From Candidatus Competibacter sp. (GTDB taxonomy: Bacteria; Pseudomonadota; Gammaproteobacteria; Competibacterales; Competibacteraceae): a DNA stretch of 64,000 nt. The translations under genes were made by a program, and so were the position numbers. The notes beneath the pieces were generated by a model, which saw only the letters and a list, made by a program, of their open reading frames with translations, made no database searches and had not been told where the DNA came from. The stretch covers positions 7,582-71,581 of the forward strand of contig DAOROA010000010.1 in NCBI GenBank assembly GCA_035441325.1. Direction: 5' to 3'. Positions 17,837-25,525 of the stretch are shown here, piece after piece (position 1 is the first letter of the stretch; each line of letters begins with the position of its first letter).

Positions 17837-18999
17837 GCTATGTTCTGAGATCCAAAGTCGCGATGCGCCAACCCGACGAAAACCGTCTCATAAGCTCTCA
17901 CCATCCGTTCGATGGATAACTGTTCCGCTCGTTGTCGACCTCGCGCCACCAATGCCTGTCGGCCAAGCGGATCAGCTAGCAGCCGCAATATCGCATCCGC
18001 CAGCGCGGTCGGATTGTTCGGTGGAACCAGAATTCCGCATTCGCTGTCGCCGAGAATTTCGCGCGGGCCGTAAGGACAATCGGTGGCAACCACCGCCGCT
18101 CCGCAGGCTAAGGCCTCCAGCACGGTATAACCGAACCCTTCGAATTCGCAGGTATGAACGAACAAATCAGCGCGACGCAGATAAGGGTGGACATTGTCGC
18201 GATAGCCCAGCAAACGCACCGATTCCGCTAAACCATAGGCGGTAATTCGCGTCTCCAAGCTAGCTCGTTCCGGGCCATCGCCGAGAATGACCAGCACCGC
18301 CGGTCGCACCGCTCGCACCCGACAGAAAGCGTCCAGCAAAAGTCCCAAATTCTTTTCCGGAGCTAATCGGGCGATGGCGCAAATGATCGGCACCTCCCCT
18401 GCCAGATCGGCAAGTTCCGGAACCGGCATTTGCGCAGCTTGCGCTACCGCCGCGCGGTCAATACCATTGGGAATAGTGATTGTGCGTGAGGTAAGTGCCA
18501 AAAAACGTCGGCGTAACTCTTTCGCCGTGCCGTGAGATGGCACGATGACTCGGTCCGCCAGCAACGCAGTGCCTGCCACTGCTGCTCGCAAAAACAGCCG
18601 GCGGCGAAATCCTCGCTCGTAGTGGCGCATGTATTCGTAAAACGGCCCCCGGTAACTGGCTACCGTTCGGGTCTGCGCTCCGGCCAGCCGGACGCCCAGC
18701 ACCACCAAGCTCGACGAGTAATGCATCATGCCGAGCGCTACATCCGGTGCCAGATCGCGTATCAACTTTCCCGTAGTTTGCGCATCCCGGTACAGGATGC
18801 CGGGTGCCGTAAAGCCTGCCTCCAAATGGTACTGCAAGGCATCCACAAACGTGTCATAGGCTTCCGGTAGATAGGGTCGCAGTACGGCAGGCGCGACCAG
18901 CGTGATCCGCTCGACTTGGGTCCGGTCGAGATGGCCCAGCAAATTGGCGGTCGTTCGTTCGGCACCACCGAAAACGTGGGCCATGTGCAAAATCAGCAA
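17833..18999 (-). CDS. family 4 glycosyltransferase
   Basis: LILHMAHVFGGAERTT...EGFGYTVLEALACGAAVV (E-x7-E). The listed start is a TTG at 18997-18999. The next ATG is at 18982-18984. Confidence 0.8.
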   Translation of the reverse strand: MLILHMAHVFGGAERTTANLLGHLDRTQVERITLVAPAVLRPYLPEAYDTFVDALQYHLEAGFTAPGILYRDAQTTGKLIRDLAPDVALGMMHYSSSLVVLGVRLAGAQTRTVASYRGPFYEYMRHYERGFRRRLFLRAAVAGTALLADRVIVPSHGTAKELRRRFLALTSRTITIPNGIDRAAVAQAAQMPVPELADLAGEVPIICAIARLAPEKNLGLLLDAFCRVRAVRPAVLVILGDGPERASLETRITAYGLAESVRLLGYRDNVHPYLRRADLFVHTCEFEGFGYTVLEALACGAAVVATDCPYGPREILGDSECGILVPPNNPTALADAILRLLADPLGRQALVARGRQRAEQLSIERMVRAYETVFVGLAHRDFGSQNIA

Positions 19000-19017
19000 A
19001 TGGATGGATGCCGTCTC

Positions 19018-19812
19018 CTACAACACGTCCGCAAAACCGGGTTCCAGTCGGCGAAACACGTAGATGCCGACCGCCAGAGCACCGACCGCAAACAACACGA
19101 GCCCGACCAGTATCAACGGTTCCGGCCAGGCACTCGCCAATACCGCACCGTGATACGCTTCGGCAAAAGCCGTGAAGGGATTAAGGTGAATCAAGTTCCG
19201 AAATTCGGTCGGTACCGATGTCAGCGGATAAAGTATCGGGGCGGTATAGAACATGGTCGCCAGTACCAATCCAAGCACTTGCAAGGTATCGCGCAGATAA
19301 ACGGCGAAGGCCGCTAGTGCCAGCCCGAGTCCGGCTGTTACCGCAAACTGCAAAGCCAATAGGGCGATTACGGCGCCCACCACGCTCAGCGGCAACCCAC
19401 CCCGCCACAGGGCAAAAACGATTAGAAATACGGCGTAGCTCAGTCCATGTACCACGAAGGCGGCGGCGGCGGCGGCCAGCGGAAAAACTTGGACCGGGAA
19501 ATGTACTTTGCGAACCATATCACGGCGACCGACGATACCACCCGCCGCACGGCTGAGTCCCTCCTGAAAGGCGAACCACGGTAGCAACACCGATAGCAGG
19601 AAAACGATGAACGGCGTATCCGCCAGCGCCGAACCTTCCGGAAATCGAGCGCGTAGAACCGCTGCGAACACCCACCAGTACAGCAGGATGAACAGCAATG
19701 GTTGCAGGACGCTCCACAATACGCCTAGAAAAGAGCCGGCGTACTGCTCCCGTAACTCCCGGCCGACGAAAGGCCAGAATAACCGTGAAACGCGTAGAAG
19801 CCGCTTGGGCAC
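19018..19812 (-). CDS. wzm: ABC-2 type polysaccharide exporter permease
   Basis: A six-helix ABC-2 pattern with N-terminal RELREQYAGSFLGVLWSVLQP. GTG start (19810-19812). Confidence 0.8.
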   Translation of the reverse strand: MPKRLLRVSRLFWPFVGRELREQYAGSFLGVLWSVLQPLLFILLYWWVFAAVLRARFPEGSALADTPFIVFLLSVLLPWFAFQEGLSRAAGGIVGRRDMVRKVHFPVQVFPLAAAAAAFVVHGLSYAVFLIVFALWRGGLPLSVVGAVIALLALQFAVTAGLGLALAAFAVYLRDTLQVLGLVLATMFYTAPILYPLTSVPTEFRNLIHLNPFTAFAEAYHGAVLASAWPEPLILVGLVLFAVGALAVGIYVFRRLEPGFADVL

Positions 19813-19865
19813 AGTGCTTGGGATGCTGTGATCCCCTTCCTCCCCTGGCTAAAATTGGTTCAAGT

Positions 19866-21638
19866 TCAATATTTGGTATAACGAATTTTTGAGGTTTCTT
19901 CGTAGTATTCGCGATACCAATTGCCAGTAATAAACAACCATGTATCTACAAACGTATATTCCTGCTTGGGCTTGCTATAGCTTTTGCCGCTAGCAGTTTT
20001 AAATTCCGGCACTTCAGCTTCGAGGGTCATCTTAACCTTGGCAATTTTGCCCTGTCGCTCGATTCCGTCAATGCGGAAACTCCGATACTTGATGGTCCCC
20101 ATCTTCTGTTGGTAAGCCTGACGATTTACCTGGTTTTGAAAAAAAGCATCCATCAAGGCGTAAGTGGTGGCGTAGTCCTCGCGCTGCATCGCATTCCAAT
20201 ACTGCGTTATCCGTTGGCGCAACCGCTCTTCGTTAAGGCGGGTTTTTTCCAGCTCAAGACCGCGAGGAAGCAAAGATGATTGTTGCTTTAAATCGGTCAG
20301 CGCGAACGAATAATCCACCAAATCGGCTTTAGAGAGAGCGTCATTTTCGAAGCGTTTAACCACCAAATGATAATCCTTATCACGGTTAACCAACGCTTGT
20401 TCGAGCTTGTATTCCATCGTCAGATTCACCCGGCCCGGCAGGCCCAGCGGAATTTCTTTCTGCCAGGTTGCACCATAATCGGTCGAATAAGCGACATAAA
20501 TGTTGGGACGGATATCGCGCCAATCTTCCCACGCCATGACCAACGCACCAGGCTGCGACCCGAAGCTGAGCACTGGAAATCTAGCATGAGTGATTTGATA
20601 TTCCATCGATCTAAAACGGCGCGGTTCGGACCAAGTCGTGCCATTATCGGTCGAATAGGCGAAATATAAATCGTCTTTGGCGTCTGGATTATCGTCGCGC
20701 AAACGCCGCGAGCCGCTGAATGCCAAACCAATATGGCCTTCGCCGTCCGCTGCAACAGCCAAGCGAGACAAATCCAAGCCTTTAACTTTATCGAAAGCAA
20801 AACGCTTCCAAGTTTGTCCCTTGTCTTCCGAATAAGCGCCCTCTAACAGAAAATCTTTGCCATCGCCGTACTGGGCCAGCCAAAGCACGAACCAGCGGCC
20901 AGCGGATTCGAAAGCCCGGTAGATCGGAGTAATTTGCTCGGGCGTCTCGGCAACTTCGACAGCGGGCCCAAACGTTTTAGTGGCGCGATCAAAGCGGCGC
21001 ATAGTCATCGCTCGCCGCTCTCGCGATACGACCCAACTGAATACTGGAATCGAATCTTTATCTACAATCCACATAGGGTAGAAGCCAGGCAACACCCGCT
21101 CCACCGCCGAAAACGTTTTGCCGCCATCCTCGGAGTAACGAAAATACAAATAATACTTTTGCTTGGTTTCGGGATCAGGCTTCTCCCCTAACCACAATAG
21201 ATAAATTGCGTCGTTTCGGCGCGCAACCTTCAGCCGGGTCAGTGGTTCGGATTCCGCGCCACCGACTACCATCGGTGATGGTACCGGGCCATCCGCCTTC
21301 AGCTCGGGCAACAAATACAACGCCTTTTGCGGGAACTTATCGCGCCACATGATTGCCGAGCTGTCTTGCCCGACATCCAACGCCAAACCTGATTGATAAA
21401 TCTGGCGATCTTGGGCACCCAACTTGACCTCGGCTCCATCCGGACGCCGCACGTAAAGAAAGTTGTCGTTGCCGTAATAAGCCAGCCATTCTCCCCCTTT
21501 GAGATCGAGGGCATAGTCTTGCTCGGCACCTTGGTTGACAGCTTGCCGGTTAAGCGCCTTGGGACTTACGCTCATCTCGGCGCGGGCGATACCCATCGAC
21601 GACCCGATGAACGCGAACAGCAAGATAAGCCATTTCAT
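19866..21638 (-). CDS. secreted BNR/Asp-box repeat (sialidase-fold-like) protein with C-terminal NTF2/SnoaL-like region
   Basis: Sec signal MKWLILLFAFIGSSMGIARA|E. Four Asp-boxes are present: YSEDGGKTF, YSEDKGQTW, YSTDNGTTW, YSTDYGATW. The ATG is at 21636-21638; the track start at 21641 is a TTG. Confidence 0.75.
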   Translation of the reverse strand: MKWLILLFAFIGSSMGIARAEMSVSPKALNRQAVNQGAEQDYALDLKGGEWLAYYGNDNFLYVRRPDGAEVKLGAQDRQIYQSGLALDVGQDSSAIMWRDKFPQKALYLLPELKADGPVPSPMVVGGAESEPLTRLKVARRNDAIYLLWLGEKPDPETKQKYYLYFRYSEDGGKTFSAVERVLPGFYPMWIVDKDSIPVFSWVVSRERRAMTMRRFDRATKTFGPAVEVAETPEQITPIYRAFESAGRWFVLWLAQYGDGKDFLLEGAYSEDKGQTWKRFAFDKVKGLDLSRLAVAADGEGHIGLAFSGSRRLRDDNPDAKDDLYFAYSTDNGTTWSEPRRFRSMEYQITHARFPVLSFGSQPGALVMAWEDWRDIRPNIYVAYSTDYGATWQKEIPLGLPGRVNLTMEYKLEQALVNRDKDYHLVVKRFENDALSKADLVDYSFALTDLKQQSSLLPRGLELEKTRLNEERLRQRITQYWNAMQREDYATTYALMDAFFQNQVNRQAYQQKMGTIKYRSFRIDGIERQGKIAKVKMTLEAEVPEFKTASGKSYSKPKQEYTFVDTWLFITGNWYREYYEETSKIRYTKY

Positions 21639-21682
21639 CAAAGCTAAACCCGTAACGTGAGACTAACGACTGGTATTAAAAA

Positions 21683-21715
21683 TAAAAAAAACAAAGGGGG
21701 CCACGAGAGCCCCCT
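21683..21715 (-). terminator. rho-independent terminator after the 422-aa secreted-protein gene
   Basis: On the minus strand the stem AGGGGGC-tctcgtg-GCCCCCT is followed by TTGTTTTTTTT. It lies 37 nt downstream of the stop at 21752. Confidence 0.7.
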
Positions 21716-21751
21716 CTTGAACAACTAATTCAACCGTTCTGCAAAAACAAC

Positions 21752-23020
21752 TCAGGGAGCAGCGACGGATGAGGTAACGTTAATATCGTTACCAATCTGG
21801 CTGAGTTGGATCGGGTTGGTCCGCGGAATAGACTCCTTGATACCCTTGCGCAGCCAGAAGGCATTATTGGTAATGCCTTTGACGGTCGGGCTATCCTTGT
21901 CGGTGTCGAGCTTGAGCGGCGCCTCTTCGTTGTACTCCAGCTTGATCACGACCGCTTCGCTGGTGCTAACCATGTTAGCGGTAGTTCCGGCCGACACATA
22001 CACGTTAGACCAACCGCCATCGGGAACTTGCAGCAGCGCACCTTGCGTCAACATATCGACCGCGTTGACCGCGCCCACGCAAACCACGTTCTGCGGAACT
22101 TGACCGGAAATGGGCTGCTCGTCACGATCATAGATCGCTGCGGTACCCAGATCCAAATCCTCGATCACCAGCCGAATCCGAGCATTCAAGTCGCCGCGAT
22201 TTTGACTGGGAAGAGTGCCGAGCGCAGTACCGGTTTGGCCCGGCGCGATCCACGCGTTATCCGTAGCATCGAAGCGCGACGGAGCGATCGGCGTCACGAA
22301 AAACTTGGTGAGGAACTCGCCACCCGTCGCGGTGAAAGGCGCCAAAGCGACCGGCACGACACCTTCCCCAATTTCGCCTGCGAGAACCTCGCCCGTCGTC
22401 TCGACATAGTCGGAAAAGTCAAAGAAATTGAACCTGCTGGTGCCGTTGTAACGGCCCGCCGAATTGTAGGCATGGTAGCCCCACGCCGCGCCGTTCTGGA
22501 ATTCCAGAACGATCGCCTCACCCGCCAAATTCTCGTCGGAGGAAGCGGCAACGAAGTCGTTGTTGTCGACCAACAAGAAAGCGCGCACCGGCTGAGAGAC
22601 CCCTTTCAGCAAGGCGAACGAAGATTTGCCGTAGCCCAAGCTCGGATCGACGGCTGTGGCATCTGCGGCTTTTTCAAACACGATACCGAGGTTGTTGCCC
22701 CCGAACTGCCCAGTGGTGTCGAACGTCACGATATCGTTGGGGCTCGAAGGCAGGCTCCTGTCGACTTCGACGCAGGACCCGGAGTTATCGGTCGCTCCAC
22801 TGCCGGACTTGTACCAATACCGATAGTGCAACTTAGGTACGGTAGTGGACGAAGTGAGGAGGTCGGCATTGTTGATAACGGATACCAGCGTGGTAACCGT
22901 GCTGCTGCCCACGACATAGGGGAACAGGATCTCATCGGCTTGTGCGGTACTGACCACAACCGCCGAAGCGCCCAGAGTCACCGCCACGGCGGCCGTCAGC
23001 TTGTTCATCTTGAATCTCAT
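21752..23020 (-). CDS. secreted protein of unknown function (422 aa)
   Basis: Sec signal ...AAVAVTLGASAVVVSTAQA|DE. GGGAG SD 8 nt before the ATG at 23018-23020, and its own terminator. I recognise no family. The longer plus-strand ORF 21806..23086 is Arg-rich antisense noise. Confidence 0.7.
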   Translation of the reverse strand: MRFKMNKLTAAVAVTLGASAVVVSTAQADEILFPYVVGSSTVTTLVSVINNADLLTSSTTVPKLHYRYWYKSGSGATDNSGSCVEVDRSLPSSPNDIVTFDTTGQFGGNNLGIVFEKAADATAVDPSLGYGKSSFALLKGVSQPVRAFLLVDNNDFVAASSDENLAGEAIVLEFQNGAAWGYHAYNSAGRYNGTSRFNFFDFSDYVETTGEVLAGEIGEGVVPVALAPFTATGGEFLTKFFVTPIAPSRFDATDNAWIAPGQTGTALGTLPSQNRGDLNARIRLVIEDLDLGTAAIYDRDEQPISGQVPQNVVCVGAVNAVDMLTQGALLQVPDGGWSNVYVSAGTTANMVSTSEAVVIKLEYNEEAPLKLDTDKDSPTVKGITNNAFWLRKGIKESIPRTNPIQLSQIGNDINVTSSVAAP

Positions 23021-23308
23021 GATTTAGCTCCCATTAAGCTCCGACTGAGGGGGTTAAAAACAACATTCCCACTGCCAGAAAGGTAGAGGAATTGCCTGTT
23101 GTGGATTTTACACAACAGTTTGTTGCTGTCAATACACGAAACCACAAAAATCACACTTCAACCCAAGTATACTGAAGCGCTTTTCCTTGCTCAAGGGCTT
23201 AGACACCTTAGAAACCATCGATTCCAGTTCATCATAACCAGTGTAGTTGCAAAAAAACAACATTTATCCGTTCCAATAATCCCAATTGGGGCTAGCGATT
23301 ATTGCCCG

Positions 23309-25498
23309 TCACGAACCGACGACCCAAAGTGGACGCGCTGGCTGGCGCGTTCGGCGTTCTCGCCACAGCATTTCGTAAGCATGTTCCAAGTGCCGCACGT
23401 AACGCTCGGTATCGAATAGCGTGCACACCAAGCGGTTGGTGTGCAGGCGCTCGCGCAATTCGGCCAGCCTCGGCCGATCCTTGGCTAATGCCACCGCCAA
23501 CGCCTCATAATCCGCCATCGTATAAGTCACCAGCTCCGGCAAGCCTATCGCATGCAGCACGCTAGCGCAAACTCTGGCTTGAAAAGTACGCCCGCAAAGA
23601 GTTAGCACCGGCAACCCTACCCAGAGTGCATCGCTTGCAGTGGTATGAGCATTGACGACGAACGTATCCAGATACAGATCCGCCAGCCGCTGCCGTTCCA
23701 GATGTTCTGGCTTCGGTAATCGCGTCGCGAAAAACAAACGCTCCGGGTCGATGCCCCGCTCGCTAGCCGCTCGACGTAAATAGTAGATCATCCGCTGACC
23801 ATCCGCCAACAACCAGAGCACGCTCCCCGGGGTTTGTTCGAGGATTTTCATCCAACTGGCAAACGTTGACGGCTCGATCTTGTAACCGGTATTGAACGAA
23901 GCATAAACGAAAGCCTCGTCCGGCAAGCCTTGATCGGCGCGAGTCGTACCCGTGTTGGCTATCGGTTGTTCATCGTCGTTGATCTGGTAACAATCCGGCA
24001 AATAGACCGGCTGCTCGCTGAAACAGGTTTGCAGATCCTCTGGTAGCACCACCTCGTCGGCAATAACATGAGAAATGTAATCGCCGCCAAGCGTACCGGG
24101 ATATCCCAGAAAACTCACTTGCACCGGCGCGGGCCGCAGCGCAAAGATTTCCTGCCGGCCGTACTTGGTATAACCGTGCAGGTCCACCAGAATATGCACG
24201 CCGTCGGCCGCGATGCGTCGGGCGGCCTCGCAATTCGACGACTGGCTCAGATCCACCATCCGGTCGCAGGTGCGGCTAATATCGCGCCAATAAACGCTCT
24301 CGTCACCAGGCCGCAACGTATAACCGATGATCTCGAATCGATGGCGATCATGGGCGCGAAACAATTTGCGCGCCAAATGGGCAGTGGCGTGATCGCGGAA
24401 ATCGCCCGATACATAACCGATCCGCAACCGTCCATCCGCCGCTGGCTCGGCATGAACGAGAGTCAATTGCCGGCGTAACGGCGTCGCGAATTTTTCCATG
24501 ATCTCGGCACGGGCCTTGGCGGTCTTCAATAAAAATTCCGGCGCTAGCGGCAAGTGCAACAAGCGATGTTGCTCTGTACCCACCACCCGGCCATACCGCC
24601 AAATTTCGCCGATCAGCCCATCGAGCCGCGCCAGAGTAGCCTCGTAATCGCGCCAATCGCACTCCGCTAGCGCATTGAAAAAACTATATAAATACAGGCC
24701 ACGCGCCGTATAGCGCTTCGGCAGGAAGTCATCGAACGGCATCCAGTGGGACAGATCTTCGCCAAAAGCTAGGCCAAGCCGCTGCCAGTCGTGGCGGACA
24801 TGCAGCTCATTCAGAATCGACTCGGCCTCCTCGAAACGCTCCAGCGCCGCCAACGCCCAAGCTTTGTTCGCCAATGCTCCCAAGTTCAATTCGGGAATCG
24901 TGGCCACTTGCTCCAAACCCGGCAAGGCTTCTTCCCAACGCCGCAACTTGATGAAAATCGAAGATCGAAGCAACGTTAGCTGCGAATCATCGGGCGCCAG
25001 CCGCAACGCTTGGTCGACCGCCACTAACGCCGGCTCATATGCCTGCTGCCGCACTAGCAGCACCGCCTGATGGCTCAAAGCGTGCAGGCGTTGCGACGCC
25101 GACAAACCCGATAAATCGAGCGCTCGTTCGTAAGCGGCCAACGCTCCGGCTAGACGCCCCAACAACCGTAACGCATCCGCCCGGAGCAGCAGGCCATCGC
25201 AATCGTCGGGCTGGATCGCCAAGGCCCGTTCTACCGCCGACAGCGCCGGCTCGAATCGATCCGACGCCAAACAGATCGTGGCGTAATCGAGCAGTAGCGA
25301 AGGATCTTCAGGCTGCAACACCAATGCCCGATCAAGGGCGATCAACGATTGTTCGGCTTCGCCCAACTCCCAGCAGGTGTTTCCCAATTTACGCCAAATG
25401 CTCGCATCGTCGGGTCGGGTCTGGCCGAGCTGCTCGCAGCGCGCCTTTTCCTGCTTCAGCCACGCGCGGCGCAGCGCAGCTCGTGCATCCGGTTGCAT
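23309..25498 (-). CDS. TPR-repeat protein fused to a GT41 (O-GlcNAc transferase / SPINDLY-like) domain
   Basis: The N-terminal ~330 aa are TPR-like helical repeats. The C-terminal half (RIGYVSGDFRDHATAHL...VSFLGYPGTLG...FNTGYKI...HTTASDALWVGLPVLT) matches the bacterial OGT-like/COG3914 pattern. Confidence 0.8.
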   Translation of the reverse strand: MQPDARAALRRAWLKQEKARCEQLGQTRPDDASIWRKLGNTCWELGEAEQSLIALDRALVLQPEDPSLLLDYATICLASDRFEPALSAVERALAIQPDDCDGLLLRADALRLLGRLAGALAAYERALDLSGLSASQRLHALSHQAVLLVRQQAYEPALVAVDQALRLAPDDSQLTLLRSSIFIKLRRWEEALPGLEQVATIPELNLGALANKAWALAALERFEEAESILNELHVRHDWQRLGLAFGEDLSHWMPFDDFLPKRYTARGLYLYSFFNALAECDWRDYEATLARLDGLIGEIWRYGRVVGTEQHRLLHLPLAPEFLLKTAKARAEIMEKFATPLRRQLTLVHAEPAADGRLRIGYVSGDFRDHATAHLARKLFRAHDRHRFEIIGYTLRPGDESVYWRDISRTCDRMVDLSQSSNCEAARRIAADGVHILVDLHGYTKYGRQEIFALRPAPVQVSFLGYPGTLGGDYISHVIADEVVLPEDLQTCFSEQPVYLPDCYQINDDEQPIANTGTTRADQGLPDEAFVYASFNTGYKIEPSTFASWMKILEQTPGSVLWLLADGQRMIYYLRRAASERGIDPERLFFATRLPKPEHLERQRLADLYLDTFVVNAHTTASDALWVGLPVLTLCGRTFQARVCASVLHAIGLPELVTYTMADYEALAVALAKDRPRLAELRERLHTNRLVCTLFDTERYVRHLEHAYEMLWRERRTRQPARPLWVVGS

Positions 25499-25525
25499 GG
25501 TGGTCTCGATTGCCTCTAACGCGCT

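Noticed and set aside
21806-23086. 426-aa plus-strand ORF, longer than the gene I called
   Set aside because: It is Arg-rich antisense translation. The minus-strand ORF has a signal peptide, an SD and a matching rho-independent terminator.
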